A DNA stretch of 64,000 bases. It comes from an uncultured Nitrospinota bacterium (GTDB lineage Bacteria; Tectomicrobia; Entotheonellia; J063; CAVPRW01). Below are positions 10,313 to 20,110 of this stretch, in pieces (the stretch's first letter is position 1; each line of letters begins with the position of its first letter). Made by a program: the position numbers and the translations under genes. Location of the stretch: NCBI GenBank assembly GCA_963707985.1, contig CAVPRW010000045.1:128001-192000 (forward strand), written 5' to 3'. Below the pieces are notes generated by a model, which worked only from the letters and a program-made list of their open reading frames with translations, was not told where the DNA came from and did not search any database.

Positions 10313-12046
10313 TCAGTTGCCAAGAGGCTTGAATTCGGTGAGCTCTGACTCAACCTGCTTGATGACGAAGCGCACGCGACGATTGGCTGCCCATTCTTCC
10401 TTGGTGCGAGGTGGACTGAATTTTGGTGCCTCCACACCACGACCAATCGCAATGAACTGTGACGGATCGATGTTGATGCCGTGATCTTTCGCATACTGGA
10501 TGAACGACCCCCGCACCGCGTTGGCGCGTGCCAGCGACAGATTCTTCGCCACCTGTCGCATCTGGTCCAGCACCTCTGTACGCTCGCCTTTCTGCTGGGC
10601 TTGCAAAATTCCCAACGGATCGCTATGCCCTTCGACGACGACGAGCGCACCCCCATAGGTTTGAGTGATCTGCACGGCCTTCTCGTAATCCTTGGCGTAG
10701 CGGTCCTCGGCAAAAACGCTCTGGTTCGGGTCAAAGGCAATTTCGATAACGAACAGTGTGCCCTCCGTCTCCCAGGCCCCGGGTTCGACGGCGAGCTGTC
10801 TCTCGACAGCTTGCTGGGCCCGGGCAGGGTCAAATCGGGGAGCCGCGATCTGCCGCGTGTTCTTCAGTCCAGTGGCCAACTGGTTGTAGTCCCAACCAGC
10901 AGACTGCAGGCTGACACGACTGGTCATCAGCCCCATATCGATAAATGCAGGCTGAATTTCCTCCGTCAGCGTGGAAAGCGTGCGGGTCGTCCCCACCCCG
11001 GTAAAGAAGGCGACGTTTCCGGTGTGAAAGACAAACTCGCAGTCGCCCAGCATGCCCTCAACGTCTGCGGTCGCTTGCGGCGCACCGAGGAGCAGATCGG
11101 CGGATTTGGCGAGGAGCTGGCGAAATTTGGCCTGCTGCGAGGTTTTGTTTGCCAGCAGTTCGGTCAACGCCTCCTGGCTGCGCAGCACAGCATGCACAAA
11201 CTTCTGTACTTGTGCGCGGTTGGCGTCAAAGTAATCTTTGCGTACGGCGTACACATCGGCGATGATGCGCGAGGCAGTTTTCGTTGACAGAAGCAGGCGG
11301 GCACCCTTGACCGAGCCCTCAGCGCCGGTGCCCACAGTGCCCCCGGAGGTGAGCTTGAGCGCGTCTGGCGAGATGGCCATGACCGCATCGATCGTGTCAT
11401 CGACGGTGAATGCGCTCACGGGGTCGACGGTGATACCCTGCGTGTCATAGGTTGGCAACGTGAGCTCTTTGAACCATCGCACGGTGGCTTGGGACGGGCG
11501 AATCCCGGCATTTCCCAGAATATTGGCCATATAGTCCATATGGGGACCGTAGAGCTGCAGGGCTATAGTCTTCCCCTTCAGATCATTGGGCGTGCGGACG
11601 GATGGTCGCACGGTCATGGTATCACCACCAGTGCTCCAGGTGAGTTGGACAATGACAACGAGCTCGGTGCCCGCCGCTTTGACCACCTCGGCGGCGGCGT
11701 TGATCATCCCCATCGTGCCGCGCAGATATGGGGTTTTCCCGTCGAGCACCGCTTGAACCTGCCTGGCAAAGTCGTTCTCGAGACTCAGCGAAATATCCAG
11801 TCCTTCGGCGCGGAAGAGGCCTTCCTGCAGGCCATGGACCAGGCTCACATCACCACCCCAGGTAATCACGTAGATCAGCTTTGAGCCGGCTTCAACCGGT
11901 TTGAGCCGTGGTGTCACGACCTTACCGAGTGGTTTTGCTTCGAGGTATTCGACTTTGCCAGATGCTGCCTGTGCGCTGCACACGCAGAGCAGCGAGAAAA
12001 GTATTAGAACACGCACGGTGATGGTTTCCTTCATCCCGTTCCCCAT
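10313..12046 (-). CDS. Periplasmic NMT1-like SBP fused to C-terminal OmpA domain
   Basis: Signal peptide; TWSTGGD, DLKGKTIA; OmpA motif VEGHSD..LSLARANAVR..NRRVRF. Confidence 0.8.
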   Translation of the reverse strand: MGNGMKETITVRVLILFSLLCVCSAQAASGKVEYLEAKPLGKVVTPRLKPVEAGSKLIYVITWGGDVSLVHGLQEGLFRAEGLDISLSLENDFARQVQAVLDGKTPYLRGTMGMINAAAEVVKAAGTELVVIVQLTWSTGGDTMTVRPSVRTPNDLKGKTIALQLYGPHMDYMANILGNAGIRPSQATVRWFKELTLPTYDTQGITVDPVSAFTVDDTIDAVMAISPDALKLTSGGTVGTGAEGSVKGARLLLSTKTASRIIADVYAVRKDYFDANRAQVQKFVHAVLRSQEALTELLANKTSQQAKFRQLLAKSADLLLGAPQATADVEGMLGDCEFVFHTGNVAFFTGVGTTRTLSTLTEEIQPAFIDMGLMTSRVSLQSAGWDYNQLATGLKNTRQIAAPRFDPARAQQAVERQLAVEPGAWETEGTLFVIEIAFDPNQSVFAEDRYAKDYEKAVQITQTYGGALVVVEGHSDPLGILQAQQKGERTEVLDQMRQVAKNLSLARANAVRGSFIQYAKDHGINIDPSQFIAIGRGVEAPKFSPPRTKEEWAANRRVRFVIKQVESELTEFKPLGN

Positions 12047-12422
12047 GTTCTCTACACTCCTTGCTGTCATCGAATCGATAACCTTACACGCAAAAATTGC
12101 CATGTGTTCCCGCATTTTACGATACATGACTGCTGGAGGTATGTAGATATATCTTCAAGATAACATAGACGAGCAACGGGTGCACCTTTAAGACAAACCT
12201 ACATTCCAACGCATCGCGTCACCATGGCGGTGTCGGCCATAGGGTACAATCAGGAGGTTGCCTATCAGGTTGGACAACATGGTATAGTGCCGCATCCGAA
12301 AAGGATTGTTGGCTGACGGCTCGCCGATGGCGAACCGTCAGGGCCGATGGTCGCGGTGATCTATGTAAGGAGAGGAGGAGGAACCACGGTGGTCACTGAC
12401 GGGTGCATGCTGCGGGGTATGC

Positions 12423-13334
12423 CTATCGCACTGGTGGCCAGAGGTTCCATCCCCGTCGTCCCGTGTTGCGGACTCGCAAGAAGTGTCCGCCGCCGGTGGT
12501 GATATAGAGGGTCCGCTGGTCCGGGTCGCCGAACGTACAGTTGGTGGGGGAGTCCACCCCGGCTGGCATAGGATGAGTCTCCAGGACACGGCCCTTGGGG
12601 TCCCAGATGTAGATCATCGGGCCAGGCCCGCTGGCATACGAACCCGCCGTGGCAACGATGTTGCCCTCGGAATCGAGGCACATGCCATCGATCCCTCGCT
12701 GCGGTCCGCGGTAGTCCTCGCCAAACTGATGCAACACGATAAATTTCCCCAGCGAGCCATCAGGGAGAATGTCGTAGGCCCTGAGCTCGCGGCGCTCGGC
12801 GCCGGTCTGGATCATATACAGGGTGCGCTGGTCGGGCGAGATGAGCAAGCCATTGGTGCCAGTGGTGTCGGTGGTCATGCGCTTGCACACCCAGGTGCCG
12901 TCGGGCTGGGGATCCGCTCGTAGTATAGAGTTATGGTCCAGCACCTGCTTCTCGCTGGGATCGATGTTGCCGGCGTTCCAGGGGTTACTGAACCAGATCC
13001 GCCCCTGCCGGTCGATTGCCAGGTCGTTCGGGGTGTTGAGGGGCAGACCGTCGAGCTTATCCACGATGGTGGTGGTGCTCCCATCAGGCTCAAAACGCAC
13101 GATGGACCGTCCTCCGGAGCAGCAGCCGTACAGACGGCCTTCCAGGTCGAAGGCTAAGCCATTGGTATGATTTGTATTTTCTCGAAACACCGTGCACGCC
13201 CCGGTCGCCGGGTCATAGCGCAGAATACGACTAGCTGGAATATGGGTAAAGAGCACCGCCTGACCATCCCAGGCAGGTCCTTCCGATAAACGCGGGTTGA
13301 AGGGACCAGCTACTGACTCGAAATCCCATGCCAT
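12423..13334 (-). CDS. SMP-30/gluconolactonase family protein
   Basis: EGPAWDG, NGLAFD, PNDL, DGMCLDSEGN, PTNCTFG. Confidence 0.9.
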   Translation of the reverse strand: MAWDFESVAGPFNPRLSEGPAWDGQAVLFTHIPASRILRYDPATGACTVFRENTNHTNGLAFDLEGRLYGCCSGGRSIVRFEPDGSTTTIVDKLDGLPLNTPNDLAIDRQGRIWFSNPWNAGNIDPSEKQVLDHNSILRADPQPDGTWVCKRMTTDTTGTNGLLISPDQRTLYMIQTGAERRELRAYDILPDGSLGKFIVLHQFGEDYRGPQRGIDGMCLDSEGNIVATAGSYASGPGPMIYIWDPKGRVLETHPMPAGVDSPTNCTFGDPDQRTLYITTGGGHFLRVRNTGRRGWNLWPPVR

Positions 13335-13489
13335 AGTACCCTCCTACAGATGGCTCTACCACGTTGCGCAAGTACAGGCATCGCTACCCAAGTCTCCCCT
13401 CTCAGCGCCATCCTCCCTCCGATCAGAAAGAGAGGATAGCGTGAAAGGAGCCGTCAACAGCGGGATTCTCACCGGTCGCGCACTACACC

Positions 13490-14692
13490 TTACCCTGGGA
13501 CGGAGTCGTACTGGTCCCAGTTGCCAATCACCTCCTTGGCATACAGGTCGGCGATCTCTGCCGCAGAATACCCTAGCAGACCGCCTAGCACCTCTTCGTT
13601 ATGTTCGCCGACTTTGGGGGTCGAGCCCACAATGGCCGGAGTACGGCTGAAATGCCAGAAATCACCAGACACGGCCATGGTGCCGGCCAGGAAGTCAGGG
13701 ACGTCGACCATCGCCCGGCGTTCCCACGGATGGGGGTCTTCAGCCGCTTGCGCAATGGTATTCACCGGCGCCGCAGTCACATCGTGCAAGGTGAAGTGAG
13801 CGATCGCCTCCTTCATGGTCATGTTAGCCATCAGCTCACGTAGTGCCGCATGCACGATTTCAGCATTCTTGCCGCGCTCGTGACGGGTGTTGAAGCGTGG
13901 GTCTTCCTGCCACTCGGGTTTCCCCAGGGCTTTGCACATCCGCGGCCAGTGGTGCTGGTCACCGGCGGTGATCAACACCCAGCCGTCCTTACACGGGAAC
14001 ATGTTGGAGGAGCTGTCCCGTTTGGGCTGGACGCCGGCGCCGTGGTAGGCGCTGACGGGGATCTCGGTGTAGCTATAGCCCGTGTCCGCCAGACAGACGT
14101 CGATGCTCTGGCCCTGTCCGGAGATCTCGCGCTCGCGCAGGGCGGCCAGCGTACCAATGGAAGCGTGCAGCGCCGTGGTTCGGTCGATGATTGGCACACC
14201 GGCGCGAATGGGCGGCATGCCTTCTTCTCCGGTGACCATGGCAACGCCAGCCAGGGTCTGACCGATGGGATCATAGCCGATTTGTTCGCGGTAGGGGCCA
14301 AACTGGCCGTACGCAGACACATTCACCATGATGATGCGCGGGTTCAGTTCCTTGAGCACGTCGTAGCCGAAGCCCATGGTTTCGATCGTGCCGGGCCGGA
14401 AGTTCTGCAGCAGCACATCGGAGATTTTCACCAGCTTGCGCAGGGCGTCCTTCCCAGCCTCCTTCCGTAGGTCCATACTGAGGCTCTTTTTGCCGCTGTT
14501 GTACTGCACCCAGTAGGCGCTCTGTTTGCGAACCCACGGCGCGTGGTACCGGGTTTCCTCACCCCCCAAACGCTCGATCTTGATGACCTCTGCCCCCAAA
14601 CGGGCGAGCACCTGGGCACACCGGGGTCCTGCCTGATGTCGCCCTAAATCGATGACGCGAATACCTTCCAACGGCCCTTTCAGCTCTGCCAT
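13490..14692 (-). CDS. CaiB/BaiF class III CoA-transferase
   Basis: PLEGIRVIDL, LGAEVIKIE, NSGKKS, NFRPG. Confidence 0.9.
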   Translation of the reverse strand: MAELKGPLEGIRVIDLGRHQAGPRCAQVLARLGAEVIKIERLGGEETRYHAPWVRKQSAYWVQYNSGKKSLSMDLRKEAGKDALRKLVKISDVLLQNFRPGTIETMGFGYDVLKELNPRIIMVNVSAYGQFGPYREQIGYDPIGQTLAGVAMVTGEEGMPPIRAGVPIIDRTTALHASIGTLAALREREISGQGQSIDVCLADTGYSYTEIPVSAYHGAGVQPKRDSSSNMFPCKDGWVLITAGDQHHWPRMCKALGKPEWQEDPRFNTRHERGKNAEIVHAALRELMANMTMKEAIAHFTLHDVTAAPVNTIAQAAEDPHPWERRAMVDVPDFLAGTMAVSGDFWHFSRTPAIVGSTPKVGEHNEEVLGGLLGYSAAEIADLYAKEVIGNWDQYDSVPG

Positions 14693-15075
14693 GTGCGTCA
14701 CTCCTTATCTATGTAGTATGCGCCACGGTGAAAGTTGCGCCATTGTACGACGATGGTGTCCAAAGGGCAAGCTGGACGATTGCGCCCCCAGGTCGTGGGC
14801 CTCGTCACCGAAGGCAACGCTGATACTGGTGGCGAATTCTTCCTGAAGGTTTGAACCTCACCATGGCGGGCATGCTCATAACGATCCAGCCGAGGGAGCC
14901 ATTTTCCCTAGCGCTCACCACGCTCCACCTTCGAGAGGGAAATCGACAAGGGAGGAGGGAGCGGGTCGTCTCATCGCCTCCCTGTCCAAGACCGCCGGGC
15001 ACCTGGGATGAGGCGTGTGGATTTTAGCCCCTTGCCGGCGGTGATGTCACCAGTCGCCCACGCATTGGCGTGGCC

Positions 15076-15825
15076 TCATTGTAAAGCCAGCGAGGTCAAG
15101 GTCGCCCGGCAGGGGGTGCCTCCCTTGTCGGGCGTGATCACGAGTTGCAGGTGGGTGAGCCCATCGACCGTGACCGCCCAGACTTCACGTTCATACGTCG
15201 TACCCGGTGGGCTGAACGTGTACTCCTGCCGGAGCAGCTCGCGATATGTCCGGCCTGCATCAGAGGAAACGGACACGCACAGGACTTGGGTGCGGCTTAC
15301 CTCGGGTTCCTCGACTTCCAGGCTGATCGTGCGGAGGGTCTGCGGAGTATCAAACGCCAGGATCAACCGCTGTTCGCCCGGTTCGGCGGCGACCCAGCGA
15401 CTACCCCCTGGGCCGCGGTTCTGATCAAACACGTGGTCGATCGGGGCATCTGTGGCTTCCGAGGTCACCCACACCGTCGCAATCGCGGCGATGGCTTTCT
15501 CGTCCGGCTGGGGAACCCTGGCCTGCGGTGGTGCCGTTAGGAAATGTTTCCGCAGCACCGTACCTCCTGCAGACGGGGGCGGGGTGTCGCCCGGCCGTCG
15601 AGGACTGGACCCCAGCGCATCCAGCCGCGCCTCCACGGCTCGCAAGCGCTGATGCAGTTGCTCCACCAGCAGTACGAGCAACTGCAGTGACTGTCGGAGA
15701 TAGTTCCTGGGGTCATCGGCCGGAACCGCGTCAAGTGCCGCACGCAGCTCTGTAATCAGGCCACGCGGCGTTTCTGCAGAATTCGGGCACATACGCACCT
15801 CTGTAGTATGGGTTGAGGTGTACAT
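15076..15825 (-). CDS. Coiled-coil plus galactose-binding/discoidin-like (F5/8 type C) domain protein; start uncertain
   Basis: VTSEATDAPIDHVFD..SRWVAAEPGEQRLILAFDTPQ..RQEYTFSP jelly-roll pattern; short N-terminal heptads. Confidence 0.55.
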   Translation of the reverse strand: MYTSTHTTEVRMCPNSAETPRGLITELRAALDAVPADDPRNYLRQSLQLLVLLVEQLHQRLRAVEARLDALGSSPRRPGDTPPPSAGGTVLRKHFLTAPPQARVPQPDEKAIAAIATVWVTSEATDAPIDHVFDQNRGPGGSRWVAAEPGEQRLILAFDTPQTLRTISLEVEEPEVSRTQVLCVSVSSDAGRTYRELLRQEYTFSPPGTTYEREVWAVTVDGLTHLQLVITPDKGGTPCRATLTSLALQ

Positions 15826-15980
15826 CCGGATGTTATGCTAAGGGTGGATGTATACATTTTGCGTAGGCATTACGATTAGATAAGCTGAACCATCGAGACC
15901 ATGAGGGTTCTGGTGCTCGGCCGAGCGGCGGGCTTTTTTGATGCCCGATGAGTCATGGCATCGTATGACAGGCGGACGCC

Positions 15981-16160
15981 ATAAAAAACCCCCTGCCGGT
16001 CATACTACATCCGGAGGGGGGATCAACATACGCGCCGTCTGGAAGCACACCCACACGGCGCGCTTAGAAGCAAGGCGGCGTACCCATCGCAGAGCTCCTC
16101 CCAAAAGGGCTGCTGCCATACGGATATTTCTGTCATCAACAGTGGGCCTTCAGACCCACT
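15981..16160 (-). ncRNA. Candidate structured RNA or leader (c4-antisense-like) ending in an intrinsic terminator
   Basis: Hairpins 16141-16160 and 16031-16062; GC stem plus U-tract 15981-16021; TTGACA upstream at 16192-16197 (-). Confidence 0.35.
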
Positions 16161-16713
16161 ATGTTAAATATAGTGTCCCCCAGGTGCCTTTTGTCAAGAG
16201 GATCAATCACGCCGGCAAGAGCGCTCCGAGACAGCCTGCCTCTTATACGTCTCGCCCGCAGCTGTGCGCGGGTTGATCGTCTCACACAAGAGTCCCGTTC
16301 CAGTTCTGCAGCTGCGCATCACCGATGAACACCGCTGTGTGCCAGATGAGGCGAGAGATGGCAACGGTCTAGAAGTGGCCCATGTTCCAGCTCATCGCTG
16401 CCATACCTCATCTTCAGACGGCCGCAATGGACTATGCCCCACTACAATGTAATGTAAGGCATGGTAATTTAAGGCATGCCTGGCGCCTCTGCCAGAGGGG
16501 TCTTCTCACCAGTGGGAGAGGCGTCAGGCGCGCCTGCTCTTGGGCTCGTAGGAGACGGTCCAAGGGAGAAGGATGCCGATCCGGGGAATCGTCCCCGCAG
16601 GCTGCAAACGTCCCTCAGAAGAGGGCAAGGGGCAGAGAAGCACACATGACCTTCATTGGGTCACCTCGTCCGACTGGGAGAGGAGGGCAGGAGGAAGAGC
16701 GAGGACAATCTCC

Positions 16714-16812
16714 TTGAGGTTGACGACCAACTGACCGTGGATAGGGCGCTCCACAGGGAGATCGTCCGGCTTGGAGCCGCTCAAGATCTTCACCATCTAG
16801 GCAGCCGCGTCG
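16714..16812 (-). pseudogene. C-terminal remnant of an ABC_sub_bind-type substrate-binding protein
   Basis: AA*MVKILSGSKPDDLPVERPIHGQLVVNLK resembles [26 protein letters not shown]; in-frame stop. Confidence 0.6.
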
Positions 16813-16823
16813 CCGGCTTGCTG

Positions 16824-17519
16824 TCATCCCTGAGAAGCTGCCGATTCTCCCCGTAGACGCGCCAGTTCAGCCCGCAACTGCTCGAGCTCGACCTCAGCAG
16901 TATGGCGGGCGGCGGCTTCGGTGCGGCGGGCCACCAGGGCTTCGGCGGGTGTCAACAGACGCTCGCCGGTAGCCGGGTTGAAGACTCGCAGGCGGCCACT
17001 CTCCATCCGTAGCTCCAGGCCCAGTGCCTGGCTGATAAACTCGCCTGCGGCCCCAGGCAGGAGACGCTGGTAGTCGTCCTCCTGCAATCGATAGCCTTGT
17101 AGCGACGGCCGCAGATACTCGCCCAGCGGATCATACAGAAAATACTCCTGCACCCCCAGCATGGCATAGATGGCCCGCTTGATGCCCAGGTCTTCCAGCC
17201 GCGACCCCCGCGAGGTGATCTCGAAGACCACAGCGGGCGGCTGGCCTTCGTCCCACAACCGATAGGTCCGCCGCTCCCCCTTGGCTACTCCCTGCACCAC
17301 GAAGACATCGGGTGCCACACAGGCCGCTGGGTTCCCCTCCTCATAATAGAGCAACATATTCCCGGCCACGTACATCTGGGGATCGTCTCGGAAATGGTCG
17401 CGCAGCGCCTCTCGCAGATAGATCAAGGCATCGATATGCACATCCGTCTCGCCCATTGGCTTCCCATCGCTCTCTGGGTAGTGGAGCTGTGTTGGGGCAG
17501 CGGTGATGCTATTATCCAT
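16824..17519 (-). CDS. Uma2 (DUF820) family endonuclease
   Basis: YPESDGKPMGET, APDVFVV, VFEITS, GVQEYFLYDP; C-terminal coiled tail. Confidence 0.9.
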   Translation of the reverse strand: MDNSITAAPTQLHYPESDGKPMGETDVHIDALIYLREALRDHFRDDPQMYVAGNMLLYYEEGNPAACVAPDVFVVQGVAKGERRTYRLWDEGQPPAVVFEITSRGSRLEDLGIKRAIYAMLGVQEYFLYDPLGEYLRPSLQGYRLQEDDYQRLLPGAAGEFISQALGLELRMESGRLRVFNPATGERLLTPAEALVARRTEAAARHTAEVELEQLRAELARLRGESAASQG

Positions 17520-18015
17520 GGGATCTCCTTAGCCACTTATCCTCATTACCTTCCCAGGCTTGTGCGACAGTGTATCATGGGGTGTATGGTGCTGGGTATA
17601 GAGAAGAGCCTGGCGCCTACCAATGATGGCTTTCGGGGCAAATCGCCTTCTGTCCTGTGGTATCAGCAGGCTTGATGAGCATACCAGAATCAGGGTCGTG
17701 CACAGTAACGCGCTCCTCATCTCCAACTCTCTCAGAAGATGAAAATCAACGAAACCACCTCAAGGAACTCTTCAGGGCAATTCCTGGAACAACGACATGC
17801 TCAAGCTAAATCGGTCCACATAAGATTCATACACTCAGAATTTACCAGAGCCGTGTCTGACTGGGGGCGTTGCGAGTCATGTGTACCAATGTCGTGTGGA
17901 TCGATTTAGGCTGATATCATCATAAAAAGATGGATGCCAATACACTGCTGTTGTAGAATTTCGGCGCAGGTATCCATGAGTTCTTGACAACAACTCCCGT
18001 GCAAGAGGTGAGGCC

Positions 18016-18410
18016 ATGCCGAGGGCCATTGCCATTCGTATTCTTGAAAGGGACAACAATCGACGTGGCGACCTCTTCGGTCGCTTGATGAGCGATCTCT
18101 TCCTTTCGCTCGGCTACGACGATGTACGCCTGAACATCGCACGGAGCGGGCGAGAGATCGACATCGAAGCCGAACATCGGGTCGAAAGGCGTTTGGCCAT
18201 GGCTGAGTGCAAAGCCCTCAAGGCCAAGGCGGGTGGCAAGGAGATCAATGCCTTCGCAGGGAAGCTCAGACCGGAACGAAGGAAACGTCCGGGAGGCTCA
18301 ATCACACCCCACTTCATCTCACTGTCGGGCTTCACAGAAACATCAGTAGATCAGGAAGACGAATCTGGAGAGGATGCGATCATCCTGATAGATGGCTCAC
18401 GCATCGCTAA
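18016..18410 (+). pseudogene. Mrr-like PD-(D/E)xK restriction endonuclease domain (N-terminus of a truncated gene)
   Basis: GDLFGRLM..LGY..GREIDIEAE..AECKA..FISLSGFT..LIDG; reading frame loses coherence afterwards. Confidence 0.65.
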
Positions 18411-19300
18411 GCTTAACAGAGCTGTGTCTGGGGCTGCCCCGAGGGAGAGAGAGAGCTCCGTACCCGGAGGGTGCTCCTGTTCTCCTTGCCCTCGGCAACT
18501 GCCTTGCAGACGAGGCGCAGGTCACGCCCGACACGCTCCAACAGGCGCTGCAGGCATTGATTTCTTATGGCCATTATGCGGCGAGGGCACCGTTCATCCC
18601 TCACCTCAGCCGCGGCAAATACGGCCTAATGCTCCGCGATGAGGCAGGCAGAGCATTTCTGGCTGAAAGCACAGAGTTTTTAGACTCCGGTGTCACTCTA
18701 GCTAGGTCATTAATTCACCAGATGGGTTTCCACCAATCGAAGGAAGCTCTTGACGAGTGCCTGTCTCTGTCTCAGCTCAGGGGTTTCCTCGAAAGTGCGG
18801 AGATACTCCGACGCTGCGAAGGTGCATTGGGGACAATGTTTGTTGCTTTCAGCCTCTGTACATCTCTCGATGTCAACAAACGCATTGCCTGCGGCGAGTC
18901 ATTGCGAGCATGTGCAGATGCACTAGTGGCTCTTCTCTTGTCGCAGAATCCTCCCGAGCAATTTGCGGCGTGCTGGGCGTTCAGCTGGATTGGCCTATCT
19001 CGGGTCTGGAGTCCTCCTGCGAGCCCAAATGTACTTGATCAGCTGTTTACGCTTTGCCTTTGCAGCTCGAGTATGGAGCTTCGCGAGTGGGCTGGGAGGG
19101 CATTTGCCGGTCTTCCCCTCCTGCTGCTCGAAGCTGAGCCCTTGCGCGAGTCATCAGCAGTGGAAAGGTTCATGGCTGCACGAGAGTCCTCTGTGAAAGT
19201 CGACGTCGAACAAAATCCCGCGGTTCTTGTGGCAGCCTATTATCTCCGGTCACCATGGAGCGATACGGAGCTCGCGCGCCTCGTAGCTGAGGTCACGTAA
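18410..19300 (+). pseudogene. Helical/HEAT-like C-terminal fragment, probably of a STAND/NACHT protein
   Basis: LLALGNCLADE and helical repeats; no own RBS; out of frame with the REase domain; 3' end collides with the patatin remnant. Confidence 0.4.
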
Positions 19301-20110
19301 AAGCGCCAAGAGCTCACCCACAAACGGGATGCGCAAACGCCGGACCGTACTCCACGCGAGGCCTGCCGATGTGTTCACGACGATCAAATGATCGGGGACC
19401 TTCAACTCGAGTCCCGAAGGCGCCTGGCGCTCTCCAGCACCCGAAGGCCATTGGTCAGCCATATTGTCATAGACGCCCCCATCGGTCAGCGTCCCCAACC
19501 ATGGCAGCGGACCAGGACGGTTCTGACCTCCATGAAACTGAAACGGTTTCGTGCGTATCCATCGGGGTGGAAAGCCGCCGGGAAATGCCGCCGATGCCTG
19601 GACCGCCGCATGCAAGGGTAGCTTCCCGGGTCGCCCCCAACCGAAGCGATAGGCATAGACAAAGCGTCCCGAAAAATAGAAGTGCTCACCGGCGTTCAAG
19701 TGGGTGGCACAGATGACGTGGTCAATGTCCGTCTCGATTGAGGCCAGGCAGGTGGGAGAACCATGGGGAGAGAAGAGATGACTGGCGTATGCCCGCCCTG
19801 CCACCACACCTCGCATCTGTACAAGCCATCCCCACGGGAGCAGCAGTTTCAGGAACAGGAGGAGCTGCATCCACCAGTACCACTGTATGACCCAACAACA
19901 CACGTACACGATGCCAATAAGCGACAAGCACAGCAGCATGAGGTAGACCCAGGTGCTGGGAGTTGACCATAAGGTCTTATGAGCGATGGTTCTAGCGAGA
20001 GGGGAGACAGCCGGCCAGAAATCAGCGCTCGTGCGCTGGTGATAGCACCGCATCTGGCCCAGGAACGCATTGGTAATCGAGCCGCCAGACACAGACGAGA
20101 GTGCAACCAT
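19250..20110 (-). pseudogene. Patatin-like phospholipase with TM helices, truncated at both ends
   Basis: SSVSGGS nucleophile motif, ASAAFPG, DGGVYDN; N-terminal Gly-rich loop missing. Confidence 0.7.
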
